DNA of 60,738 nucleotides, filler included, from Platydemus manokwari (Eukaryota): NCBI GenBank assembly GCA_037951405.1. It is 6 parts of 6 records of this genome, joined end to end, with 100 filler letters (N's around TTAATTAATTAA, not from the genome) between each part and the next. Parts side by side here need not be neighbours in the genome. Positions count along the whole stretch, not along the records: positions 39,878 to 50,701 come from JBBMOY011103442.1; positions 50,802 to 60,738 come from JBBMOY011187211.1; 4 more parts are not named here. One strand, 5' to 3'. Shown piece by piece: positions 39,878 to 52,829 of this stretch (position 1 is its first letter; each line of letters starts with the position of its first letter). The notes under the pieces were generated by a model. It saw only the letters and a program-made list of their open reading frames with translations, ran no database searches and was not told where the DNA came from. The position numbers and the translations under genes were made by a program.

Positions 39878-39959
39878 TTAAATTTATTCATTGAAATACA
39901 AATTTTAACTCATTTTTGTAAAAGCCGGAATCATACTAATACACCTAATATAAGCTGAA

Positions 39960-40330
39960 AATCGAAAGGATAACTAAATTCGACAGTGTTCCCTCGGGTA
40001 TGTATAATATCAATCCAATTACTAATGGTGTTTGTTACAGAAAACGTGACTATCTCTGTCATTTTCAGATATATATAGATTGGAGAATGAAAATAAAGGC
40101 AATAGAGATCATCTTCAAAATAATATGTATCGTGTTAGTCGATATTGTAACTCCTCGAATGAAAGCAATATTGGAGCTACATATAACAAGTAAAAGTGCA
40201 TAGTTGATCCACTAGAAAATTGAAATAAAATATGTATAGACTAAAAAAAGAAATGCGATAAGAACTGCAAATACCAAAACGTGAATTGCAATCAAAAGCA
40301 GTGAGAATCTGCAAAAAAGACAAAACCTTT
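39960..40330 (-). pseudogene. Decayed multi-pass membrane protein fragment
   Basis: Minus frame reads CRFSLLLIAIHVLVFAVLIAFLFLVYTYFISIF*WINYALLLVICSSNIAF..IILKMISIAFIFILQSIYI*, consistent with consecutive TM-like helices. Confidence 0.3.
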
Positions 40331-41039
40331 ACCATGGATTTCTAAAGTGGGCTATATCACATCCTTGTAGACGCTCCAACGATCTAGAGGTCGATGGTGA
40401 ATACAAGCTCATTTAGGGCGATAATAATAAAAGAAACGTACAGATCAGAGTCATGGTTAGGAGGAGGTGCGTTAAGTAATATTTATTCTGAAAATGGAGT
40501 GGCAACCCCAAATATTTCTGGAATTACTGCCCCATACGATTAATCAAAGGCACTCAGACATAACCGTTCGCGATTTCGAGAGTAAAATTTCTTATGGACA
40601 AATAATGATCAAATCTGCTTTGTTCTAAATACAATAATTTCATATTTGGAATTTATCATTATTTTTAAGAAAAACAAATCGGATAAACTTATTATCTACA
40701 AACGAATCAAGGTCATTAAAATGATAATGAGAATCAGTTTTGTAAAACTTAACATCAATAATTTGTTTCTTTGAGAAGTAATTGTGATTTCCACTATTTT
40801 TTATGATTTGACGTAAATGTGCACTAAATATTGATAAAGTCAACTGATACGTCATGAAATTATTATAAAAATACTAATACCCTAACTCTTTAAATTCGCT
40901 TGTATTCAAATTAATAGCTTTTTCATTTAATTAATTTATTTATAATATTAATTTTTTTTATTTAATAATTTCCACCAATCAAAATTTAAATAAAACTAAA
41001 ATATTTTGAATTCATCTTTATTCATATTTTCTTTTTCAA

Positions 41040-41981
41040 ATGAAACCAAATAAAACAAGTAACATAATGAGCGATATTAAGACTGTTAATAATAATATTT
41101 GCGATGTACAAATTAGTACAGAAATTCATAAAAATGATAAACAACCTGAGGAAAATCAAGTTGGAGAATTAGATAGTGAAATCAATCATCAGATTGTTGT
41201 TAAATCGGCTTCAGAAAAGTTTATCGATTGTAACTTAGAAATTGATAAACATTTCAATATCTATAAACATATAACTGATAAACGTTATGGATTTTTCAAG
41301 TGCAAGCTTTGTCCAGCACACAAATTTAGTGGAATGACTCGCAAATTTTTATACAATAAATGTGGAACTGTTTCATTCTACAAAATATTGCTTCATCTCA
41401 AATTTCATTTTCCATTCAAACAACATCATATTAAATCATCAAAAATCGGTAATAAAATCAATAACACTCAACGTAAATCACTAAATTCCGATACTTTACT
41501 TATTTCCAATGATGAGTTTAACAAGTTGATTTCACTTGCAAATGATAAATATGGGGAAATTATTGCAGAAAAGGCTTCACAAAAATTTGAGTCTTGTCAC
41601 TTGAAAATCAATCAAGATTTCAATATTTACAAACATAATCGATATGAGACTATTGGATATTTTGAATGTAAATTATGTGGTGAAGATGTAAAAATTAAAG
41701 ATAAGTTTTGTAAAGTAAAATATAGGAAGTTAAATCTGTCAGACTTTGTAAATGTCGAGAAACATTTGATGAAACATTTCACAAAAATTATTAAAAACAA
41801 ATCAATTATTCCTCGAAAAAGAAAAATCAAGGACGAAAATGCACATGGAAATTCGTTGATTGTAATATCATCTGATGAGTCGACAGATCTTGATTGTGAT
41901 ATAGTGAATGAATCAAATGTGAAAAAGAGAAAAATATCAATCAATGATGTGACTGTGGAAAAATTATATGTAGAAATATAG
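41040..41981 (+). CDS. Intronless 313-aa protein with two tandem BED-like zinc fingers, NLSs and a SIM-like motif
   Basis: Internal repeat F..C.L.I...FNIYKH......G(F/Y)F.CKLC..(~27-28 aa)..HL..HF occurs twice; PRKRKIK and KKRKI basic motifs; LIVISSDES. Confidence 0.8.
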   Translation: MKPNKTSNIMSDIKTVNNNICDVQISTEIHKNDKQPEENQVGELDSEINHQIVVKSASEKFIDCNLEIDKHFNIYKHITDKRYGFFKCKLCPAHKFSGMTRKFLYNKCGTVSFYKILLHLKFHFPFKQHHIKSSKIGNKINNTQRKSLNSDTLLISNDEFNKLISLANDKYGEIIAEKASQKFESCHLKINQDFNIYKHNRYETIGYFECKLCGEDVKIKDKFCKVKYRKLNLSDFVNVEKHLMKHFTKIIKNKSIIPRKRKIKDENAHGNSLIVISSDESTDLDCDIVNESNVKKRKISINDVTVEKLYVEI

Positions 41982-43094
41982 AAATTACCAAAGGTAGATA
42001 TGATATTCGAAGAATTTATAAATGTGATTGCTTCTGTTATATATTAATACATAAGTGTTAGATTTTCAATAAAATATGGCGTTTCATTCATTAACTGAAT
42101 TATTTGATTTCTTGACTTATTTTGAATAAAAAATAAAATTATTAATTTTTTATAATTATTCAAAATTATTCATCAAAAATTTGAAAATTAAACAAATTTT
42201 AAAATAATTTTTTTTTCATTGAAACCATAAATTTTGTCATTAATAAAAATTATTATTTTTTATTTAAATTAAAGTATTAATATATTAATAAATAAATTTA
42301 AATTTAATTTTGATATTTGTGTTTTAAAAATCTCTTTCATTGTGACAAAATTAGTTATATATTTTACTTATTTGTAGAAAAAATTATGAATTTTAATATG
42401 AATCAGCCTGATATAGCTTTAAAATGAATAACTCTTAATATAAGAGGAAAATCGAAAAATTATGAAACTGTTCGACATCAGATGAATTGATGAAACAAAA
42501 ATGATGTATTAAAGAAACAGGTAAGAAGTATAAAACTCGGATATGCAAATCGGTAAATTTTTATGATATTGCCAAGTGATTTTCTGTATGTTTTTTAAAA
42601 TTGATTTTCATTTGTTTTATGAAGTACTGATAACTCGAAATTATTCACGTTGACTGATTTTCATTTTATTACCAGTAAATGGTAGACTTTTTTTTGTAAA
42701 ATGAAATCTCAGTGAGAAAATCTGCGTAAAACGGTCAAAACAAGTTCGATTAAGAGTGGAGAAATTTCATTTAAAATTAAATTATAAAAATGTGGTTATC
42801 ATTTGAAAAGATTTTTTTCTTTTATTTATTGTTCTAATTTTATAAATCTAAATAACAGTGTACATTTTAATGAAATATATTGTTTCGCTTAATGGTGACA
42901 TTGTTATTTCATCAGCCTTTAAAGGTTATTTTTTATTATCAAATGAAATTCATATTTGCAGTAGTTATGAAATTATAAAAAATCTTTTGATTATCATGCT
43001 AATGAATTAAGTAAAATAATGAATTAAATAATATATTTCAGTTATTATTGTTTGAAATGCATTTGACAATGAATAATTAAATATGAATAATTAG

Positions 43095-43858
43095 GATCTT
43101 GTGAAGAAGGATATTTGTTTAACAAAAACCAAAATCCAAGAAGCTCTGGATATTCTCAGAGGAGCAGTGACAATAGTTTATCCAATGGGTTTACCGCCAC
43201 ATGAAAACATCAGAATGGAATTTGATAACGAAGAAGACTTGTCAGGGAAACAGGTTACTATTTATTTCAATATTTAATGATTCATTTTTATATTCAATAA
43301 CTAACTATTCATATTTACTCAATGATTAATTGAATATAGTATTGTCAAATAACTGAAATTAGTATAAAAATATAAATGGTGCAATCGAAAAAACTTGTTT
43401 ACCATAAAAATATTTCTTAAACTTAATCATTTGATTTATCATGATTAAATTAATCTATTAATATTACTGTCAATAGAAAGTAGATTATATTATTCAAATT
43501 AAATAATTTTTATTGTTAGGCTAGCCTCGAAGTTATTCCTTCCACTGAAGCTGCTCTATGGTTTTCAGGGAAAGAAATGATCAAAACTAAAGTACTGAGC
43601 GAATTTACGGGTAAAAATGAAAAAACGAAAATAGTTGCCAAATTAACGAAAAAATCATCCGGGCCTCCTGCTCGTGAACCGGTGGTCGATGAAGCTGAGC
43701 AACGAAATATGATGGCTTATTATTACAGAAAACAAGAAGAATTGAAAAAATTGGAAAGTAATGATGAAGATGCATATCTGAACAGTGCGTGGGCTGATAC
43801 AAAAGCTCTGAAAAATCAGCTTCACGGTTTAAATAATATCAGAATGGGTCCTCGTTGA
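43095..43858 (+). CDS. CFAP298: Cilia- and flagella-associated protein 298 (C21orf59/Kurly), last two exons (43095-43253, 43520-43858)
   Basis: ALDILRGAVTIVYPMGLPP..IRMEF.NEEDLSG.Q|A..LW...KE...GKNEKTKI.AK..PAREP..YYRKQEELKKLE.N.EDAYLNS.WAD..LK...HG...I...PR* matches the C21orf59 C-terminal half. Confidence 0.95.
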
Positions 43859-46739
43859 TGTTCGTAATAAATGATTCATTGTTATTTCTGTGATTTCATT
43901 TGTATAATCAATGTTGTATTAAAATTATTGATCATCATATCAAACTTGCCAGTGATTTCGTATGAAAATAATCTCCTTTGTTTATAGTATATGAAATAAT
44001 AATCGAAAATCGATCGATATTTGGTCATGTGTAAGACATTTATGAAATCACCAGTAAATACACACATTTCATCCAATGAGTTCATTTTATTCATTTGTAA
44101 TTGGTCTGATTAGATTATTTCAATATTTATGATTTGTTTGAAATGATATTGAAGCAACTAGTTTGTTGATTAAATTGATTATTTGTTGTGCGATAATTTG
44201 AATAAATTTAGATTCAGATTTTTGAGCATGTTTAAAACATGTTTTCCGATTTTTGTTGATTTAAAATGAATTCCGTTACTGGTTTATGGTTATAATTGGA
44301 TTAGAATTTTGTTTTGAATTGATTCAATTATTTGTATTCGATTAATAAAATTAAAAACGGAATCATTTTCTACGAGAAGAAAAGTAGTTAACGATTTCTG
44401 TTTCAGATAGGTGGTTGTCTGATCAAATATAATCGAAATGACATTTTGAGTAATATTAGGTCAAATTTCCAATCAATTAACCACTACCCACCAAGCTTGT
44501 AAATCTGAAAACGTGCAGAGTTTGCAACAATAATTTTTGTAAAATTTCTGCCAATCGATTTTAAATATTCTCAAATTCGAAATAATTGTGAACTAATACG
44601 CATTAATGGTGCTTAATCTTGATTATACTTTAATTAATTGTAGTCGTCATTTTAAAATATTGTTGAAAAATGTTGTTTGTTAATGTCGCCATAACATATG
44701 TTTCCATTTTAATTCGTTGATGGAATTCCAAAAAAATTGACTTAATTAAAACTAGTAGAGTCTTACTGGAACATAAGTACATATTGGTCGATAATATCAA
44801 CATAAAATAATATTTTACACTTCCTCATCAAAAATTGCTCAAGAACGGTTAAATATAAATGCTGACAATTCGTGGTGGTTTATATTTATCATATAATAAC
44901 ATGGTCAAAATTACAAGCACTCATATTAATGTTTCTAAATCAAACGAAAATATAAATATTGGCAGATTATTTCAACAATTACTCTAGCACAAATCATTGG
45001 AAAAGCACAATATTATATAAATGATCATCAAAATGATCATTGCTTATGAATTTTTAAGAGTGCTTGAATCTGAAAAAAACTTTCCATTTTCTTTCCCTAA
45101 TCAATTACAATGGTATTAATATTATTATCGACTGGCGTGTTTTTTTTTAAGTATTACCCAGTTTCTTGTTATTAATTTGATCCTTGATGTGAATGCAAAA
45201 ATGTGTACATTTCAGAAACTCAAAACAGATTTCAAAAGCCTCAGAACTGAGTTTTTGTTTTAATCAGTTTTTTACTCATATTGGGTTTTTATTTGGTCTG
45301 TGGAACAATTATAAATTGTTCGTCTAGTTTCGATAACCGGTCTCTAAATAGCATGACAGCTAACTGTGAAAAGAATGAAAGATAAAATTACAGACTACTT
45401 GTGCAAACACTGTGAAAAATTGAAAACTACACGATATGTATAATCTAACATGGTTATAATTCCAAATACATGATAATATAAATATTGGGGATATTAAAAT
45501 GAGACAATGAATTATAAATTTTATTTCTTCCAAATTTAGTGCTACTTCCAAACCAATAAAATAAATATTAACAATTTCTCTCTTTCTTTAAACTCTAACT
45601 GACCATTCAATACGAGCACACCAATACCACACCAATGATGCAAACATTAATCAGTTTGCAAGTGGCAACAGCACATCTTCATTTTGTTAAACAGAGACAA
45701 AATCTTGCTAAAGAAAAACGGTTTTGCATTTTGGAACTCTTATTTTAGCTATTTAAATATTTGCATGCCTGCACAATCATACAAGCATGACAAGCAACCT
45801 ATCATGGTTGACTTAAATGGAAACCGAACATTTGAAGAGGAACATACCCTCACATCAACACAAGCATAGGGATTGACTACTCCCACACATGAATAAACCG
45901 ATAAGCTCAATAGAAACATTGAAAAGTAAAGATTAAGTCAAAATGTGATATAAATAAGACACAAAAATTGCATACATATCTTCATTATAAAGGTATCGAT
46001 ATAAACTACCAATTGGAAGCCAAGTTTTGGTTCCTTTTATGAGACCTTGTATAAAATTTGTGAGTAGTACTGAGCAGTACGCATGTAGTTGAATGTCAAA
46101 TTTTAGTTGTAATTTTGTGATAGTTAGAAATAAAGTTTAAAACGTTCGATTTTTGGAATCAGCAATCATTTGGTTATTCACAATCAAGACCCAATGATTT
46201 ATATTCAGAGTTTGTATATGTTTTTGAGCGATAAATTTTAATAATTTTCAATACAAATAATCACTTTAAATTATAATCCCGAAAATATTAAATGTTTATA
46301 TTTATAATATATTAAAAAAAATTAATATCCAAAATCGTGAGTCCTGTGGAAATCTGGTTGAATCAAAGAATATCATTATTTCACCAAATGATTATAATAA
46401 ATATTTAATATCAAAATCACAAATTTCATTACTGTAAAAATCAGTCTAAGATTTCTCCTAATTATGAAGCTATTTATTAAATTCAAAAGTCAAACACAAA
46501 TGACTTTTATTGTTTTATTAAAACTCTCAAATCAACAACACCAAATACATAAATTAAGTGCTAACTCAAACTGATTTAATTAATCGAAAGGATGACATAC
46601 CTCTCAAGTTACGTGAATGTCAAAATAGTCCAGTGATTCACAAATATATTTTAATATATAATCAGTAATTGTACAGTGGGAAAGATTAGCTTCCGAACTA
46701 TAGGTAATAAATATGTTGTATCTAAACAGATAATCAGTT

Positions 46740-47150
46740 CCAGAGATTATAATTCTATTAACAACTTTTATCATGTAAATATTTGTCTTCTTTGATAAAT
46801 AAGTTTCTCTGTTTGCACAGTGTTTATTTCAAAGATTCGTTTTTCCCAGGTATCATTTTCCTTTATCCAAGTGTTTTTAAACTATAATCAATCTATGTTT
46901 TGATTGTCATTTATACCTTTCACTCTTTATCCAGGTCTGTAATTTCTGAATACCAAATAGATTTGATTTAAATTGTATTTATTTGAGTGGCATAAGAATT
47001 CGAATGGCTATTTGAACTGAGGATGTTATAGATTTACTGAAAAGTTGGCATTGGCATACAATGGTATTTAAATTTTGAGGAGATCTGGCTGAATGTTGAG
47101 GTCTATATATTGAACACTTAAGCGAGGTGATCCCAAATACTTAACAAATT
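46740..47150 (-). mobile_element. Possible non-LTR retrotransposon (LINE) 3' remnant
   Basis: VKYLG motif at ~47145-47131 (RT domain 7-like) followed by decayed coding-like sequence. Confidence 0.3.
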
Positions 47151-49363
47151 ATCCTTTCTTTTATTTAAACATAAACACTGTCATAATTGAAAAAAAATGA
47201 TGCAGTTAATAAATTTGAATGATTGGGAATCAACTCTTCGATAAGAATTTGCAATATTTATGAATAATATAGATGATTTTAAAATATTAATACGCAACGA
47301 ACTCATTTTCTTATTAAATGTATTGAATAAAAGTATTGTATGAAAGTTACGTTTTTGAGGATTTAATCATTCATGGAATGAGTCCAAGCCATAGAAATTA
47401 TGAATAAAATTTATAAAAATTATAATCGATGATTGATAGTTATTGGGATAAAAATAAAATAGTTTACTATAGCTTCATAGAACATGGCACTAGAACTTTG
47501 AAAAATTGGAAAAAACATTGTGAAATATATTATAATATTACAATTGTCGTTTTTAATATGAACTCATTTCTTTTTCGCATTTTAAAGCTTCTGTTCTTAA
47601 TTTTTCAAGTAATTAAATTTTAAATTTTTTGTTTCTTCTTCTATTTTGTACGGGTTTTCTTGATTTTCGTTTTTTATATTTTGGTATTTTTTAAAACCTA
47701 TCTTAGATCTGAATATATCTTATTTACTTATTTAAGATCTTTTCAATTCAATTGCTTTATTTAATTCAATATGTTTTTATAATTGGATTTTTTATTATGA
47801 TCTATTTTTAGATTCAATGGATGTTATGAGTAAATAATAATAAAAATAATAATTATCGATGGGGCTGGGTTCTGAACATAACAGCAACATAATCGATTTG
47901 CATTTTTAGTCGAAAATCAATCCCTGATAAAATATTTTGTAATTGAGATTTGTTGTTAAAGACGGCATTTTATGCAAAAACTGATTTAATGATCTTTTAC
48001 TGTCTAAATCACTGTTTCTATGATTTTAAATAAATCCATATAATTTCGTTCGTTTAACTCTGTGTGGATTTATTTATATGCTTATACATGATTAGGAAAG
48101 AATTTTAAGGGTATTGAAAGTCTTCACTTGATGTCTTAGGAAGAATTTTAGTGATAATTATTTATTCAAGATCTTTCTATTTTATAACAATCATGCAATC
48201 ATATTGAACAATGAATAATAGATTTATTATTTTTATCATATATTCTTTATCAAGTAGTGTGTATCCAAACTCTATTACCTAATAATTAGTCTATTTCTGA
48301 ACACAGTTATCTTGGATCGTATATCTAATACAAAGTCATTAAACTGTTTTCATATGATGCTCAATACATTTATTAACCGGTAGATAAGGTTTTTATTTTT
48401 CGGGTTGTCAACAGAGATCACAAATAAATTATAAAAAGAATTTTAACAAGAAATAATAGTGAATAAAGAACTCGGGTTCATCCAATGACTAACAACAATT
48501 TGTAAACGTTAAACCATTTTTTGGCTTTTTAATTCTAATAGAGAATGTAACATATTTTACAAACTCATCATTTCAGAATTTAGTAACGCAATTTTAACCG
48601 ATAGATACAATAAATAGACAACTATGCTTTAATGTTATCCAATCATTCAAATTACAGTTTTTATATTATAAAACATCTTCGAGCTATGAAGAAAACATGC
48701 TTAAACAAATTGTAAATTAATTTTAATAAAGTTCATTATGTTAATTTGTCATGTTAGAACACTCCAAATCACACATTAATTGAAAATTAGTCCACAATGA
48801 ATGATTTGAATCAACTTATTCAAGTTTAAATAACTTATTAAGTGTTATCAAGATATAATTGATTTCCAAAATTCAATTAGACTGGTTCAATTGGTCTAAT
48901 TTAAACAATCAAGTTGATAATAATTATTTGATTCTATATTATTATCCACAAAATTCAATTTATTTAAATGAAATAATCATAAACATCAGATTGCTTAACA
49001 ATTATTTGCTACACGATAACGACAGAATGCACGATATGAAACGAGGCGTATTTCTTATCATACAGCCAATAATTATCAAAATAATTTGAATAAATTTTGA
49101 TCCACTGGAACACACTGTTGAGAAAGATTTAAAATACTGATGTTATGTTTAGATCAAACACAACAGCCTCAATAACCTTTATAAGAATTATATAAATACA
49201 CTTCTCATTGAATACAATTATAATTGTTTAAAACAGGAAATAAATTTTTTTTAAAAAAACGGTACGGTGTGTCTCAATATTATGGCAATTCGTATTTGAA
49301 TTATAAAATAATAAATTTAAAATCTAAAAAACCAATGTAAAATATTTTCATCAAATCAATACG

Positions 49364-49381
49364 CACACACACACACACACA
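49364..49381. repeat. (CA)n microsatellite downstream of the OSBP-like stop codon
   Basis: Direct observation. Confidence 0.9.
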
Positions 49382-49653
49382 TTCACGTATATATATTGCC
49401 CGTGCATATTCTAAAGATGTTGTACACAACACAATGCCGTTAATGGTACGTGTCGACAGATTCAAAGTTCTATTTGAAATTAAAAGGCAATGATTTTCTT
49501 AACAAGACCAAAAATAATTTCCAGTACACATAATAAAAACGGTCACTACAATATATATGTATATATCATCGATTGCACGCAAATCTTGTTGAAATAATCA
49601 TGACAAGCACAGAAAAATGGGGTCATTTATCAATTATAATAAATAGAAGAATG

Positions 49654-50015
49654 TCAAATATCACAAGGTTTTGTTTTGTGGACGATTTCGCTTTTGAATG
49701 TCCATCGGCCGTCCAGATTGGACTGGAAATATTTTACAGGGAATGACAATTTTTTGGTAATTCGGATTTTTTCACTTTGACGCTGTCGATATTCCAGCTG
49801 TGTATAAATGTTATCGATTTATTTAGTATATTTATGTGTATAATTAAATCTACTTCGGTCTTATATTTCGTAGCTTTTTCATAATCGCCTAAATATAATG
49901 ATTCTGTCACAGAGAGCCACAGCTTCCTGGATTCATGATTTTTTTGAATGATTTGTGGATTGAGAAATTTTTTGTATAATGGCAAATCGGAAACATTTGT
50001 AGAGATGATTTGATT
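49654..50015 (-). CDS. Oxysterol-binding protein-related protein (ORP9/10/11-like), last two exons (50015-49854, 49797-49654)
   Basis: KKFLNPQIIQKNHESRKLWLSVTESLYLGDYEKATKYKTE|LEYRQRQSEKIR...VKYF...W matches the OSBP C-terminal ESRxLW...ATxxKxxLEExQR...YF signature. Confidence 0.85.
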
Positions 50016-50548
50016 CTGGAAAATTAGAAAAATATATCTATTGTTCATCTGATAAAAATATACTACTAATAGTACAACTACTGATAAAACGCTATTATTT
50101 TATGAAATAAAATTAGAATTTTTGTGTAATCCCTACATATGAATTAATATTCTCAAAAACATTAATTGTAACGTTTGACAATTTCAAAATAGGATTTACA
50201 ATGATAAAATAATTATATATAATGATAATGATAATAATAATTTATATTCCAATTATAAATATTGATGTAGTGATAAAATATCATTGATTGAAATAATAGA
50301 GAATTATTTCATAATGGTCAAAGATAGTTAAATACTAAAAATAGAACGTAAACAATTTGAGAGAATATACTCGGGATAAATAATCAACTTATGTTATAAA
50401 TGGGAAATTTATATCATCTATTTTTATTCTATTACAATGACAATTGTTTGAATTTCCATAAGTTACTATAGTTATTATATTAGTTAATAACAGAAAATTA
50501 ATTATAATTATTTTCAATTACAAAAATATATATGGATAATTATAGACA

Positions 50549-50695
50549 AATAATAATAATAATAATATTGATGACAATAATAATAATATTGATGACAATA
50601 ATAATAATATTGATGATAATGATATTGATGACAATAATAACATTGATGATAATAATAATATTGATGATAATAATAATATTGATGATAATGATATT
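50549..50695. repeat. Compound ATA/ATG trinucleotide repeat with a ~15-21 bp higher-order unit (ATAATAATATTGATGACA)
   Basis: Direct observation; sits at the contig end and probably caused the assembly break. Confidence 0.9.
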
Positions 50696-50701
50696 TAAGA
50701 C

Positions 50702-50801
50702 NNNNNNNNNNNNNNNNNNNNNNNNNNNNNNNNNNNNNNNNNNNNTTAATTAATTAANNNNNNNNNNNNNNNNNNNNNNNNNNNNNNNNNNNNNNNNNNN
50801 N
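50702..50801. other. Artificial contig spacer
   Basis: N44-TTAATTAATTAA-N44. Confidence 0.99.
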
Positions 50802-52250
50802 TTAAAAGTTCTGTTCTTGATGTCCATATTATTTTATTTTTTGTTAATATTTTGACCTGTTTTTCTATCATATGATTTATGTTTATTATTCACTATTCTA
50901 TTTGTTTATTCTTTGCTTTTCATTTAGCTTTCATGAACTTCTTAATCTCATCTTATTCCTTTACGTTATTACTTTTTTATATTTTATATCGATTTAATAA
51001 CTCTTTAGCTATCCCTTTTCAGTTCTATCATTATATGGTTCTCTGAATATTGTATTGTAATTGTATTAGAACAATTCTTTTATTTATCAGGTTATTTTCC
51101 TCACTGGTTGTCAAAATAATTTCAAAATCCGGTATAACTGTAAGGATATATTTGTTAAATTTTTCGTAATCGTTTAAATTCTTCTAATTAGGTTATTGTA
51201 ATTTTTAATTAGTTTTGAATAAGCTTTCAGTTTTAGTATTGTTTTTAGATCGAGAGCAAAGTATTTAATATGCTTAATTCACTTTGTGTTGTTTGTTCTA
51301 ATATTTAGGAAGCTTAGTTTTTTGATTGATTTTTGATAGCAAGCATATATTTTTCTCCTCTTATGAATTTTTCATACAGTTTGAAAAAAGATAGATGATT
51401 CACGATACAATTTTTAATTATTACAAATGTAAGTTAATAAATTTGGAATTCAATATGTCCATATTTGTCCTGAAATTCTACACCTAAATTCAATGTTTAG
51501 TGATGAAATCTCTTATTTGAGTTACTGGGACTATTGCTAATAGATTAATAGGAATTTTTTCTAATTTTTCAAACAGCCTGGGGTGTTTCTTGAAGAAAGA
51601 GTTTCGGTGTTTCATATCTTCCTTTGGATCATATTCAGCATTTTTCAAAGCCATATATTAATTGTATTTTATTGATAGGATCGCTCGATACTCTAGAGCT
51701 TTTAGAGCCACTTTATTTTTGGCCTGAAATTTCTCGATCCAGTCTGCTAGTGAAATATTTTATTTGACATTGACTTGGAACTAGTTTCTCTTCTCTTAAT
51801 TCATATAGCTATATTTTCTTTTCTTTAGGACTTTTGTTATTCAAAATTCCATTTCCCAGTCTGTTGATCGATAATAATTTGACTCTTCGGAATGGAAACA
51901 GAACCTTTTCATTGGGAATTGATTTGTTCCATGAAATGGTTGAATTAAATTTAGATATAGTTTTGATTGATTTCTAGTCAATATAGAGTTCAGATAGAAT
52001 GTTTATGCTTTTTGATGACTTATTTTTATCCTTCGTTATACTGGTTGACCAATTTGGCTTTAAAGTTGATGAATTAATTATTATTTTATTTAAATTACCA
52101 TATGAATGTTATAGATGTTATGATTACTGTTATTAGACCAGCGTATTTGAAATTCCGTGAAGTCGATTGGAATTTTTCCTCATAATCACACTGCTATGAT
52201 TGATTGGAACTAGTTGTAGGTATTGATATTCTAATTATTCTAGTTACACT
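50802..52250 (-). mobile_element. Possible very old LINE-like remnant
   Basis: Strongly A-skewed minus strand with a DF...FD-like RT scrap near 51110-51135; no long ORF. Confidence 0.25.
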
Positions 52251-52829
52251 CTTAATAGATTTTATAAATATTTATTCAAGGATGTTGAAAAAGACATCAT
52301 TGGTTTATAGAAAGATTTTACAAATAAGAGATAAATGAAGTGCTATGAGAAATTACAACTTATTAGTCCTACTTATAATTAAAGTTTTTAAGTAGTTATT
52401 GTGACCTTATGTTATTACTTGCTACATAAATATCAATCAACAGGAATTTATAATCATTTCAACAGGATAATCTTACATAAAATATGGTCTTTGAGACGTT
52501 ATTGTTCTATTGCTCATTCGTGGATGAATAAGTTTGACTAAAGTAAATTGTTTTGAAAAATTTCTCCAACCTCTCTTTTTTAAAATATACAAACCATAAA
52601 TGTGATTTAATATTGTTATTAAATACTTATAAGTAGTACTTTTTGGATGATTAATGTTTCTTCAAAATTGAAATCATGAAATCAGAATTCACACAATATA
52701 ATGACAGATTACTATAAAAATAAAATATTTATTCAAACATTTTATCAAAACATTTATCCATATTTACAGTTTATATATATTCCACTATATTCTATAGAAA
52801 ACTTTGTTGTTTTATTTATTGACCTGCCA

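Noticed and set aside
41627-41944. 105-aa antisense ORF; likewise 43605-43802
   Set aside because: Antisense shadows of the zinc-finger ORF and of CFAP298.
44300-45000. Possible hAT transposase scraps (WNS-like), similarly 37750-38000
   Set aside because: Only 3-4 residue motifs; not supportable without a profile search.
50532-50753. 73-aa I/M/T-rich ORF
   Set aside because: Translation of a trinucleotide microsatellite running into the N spacer.
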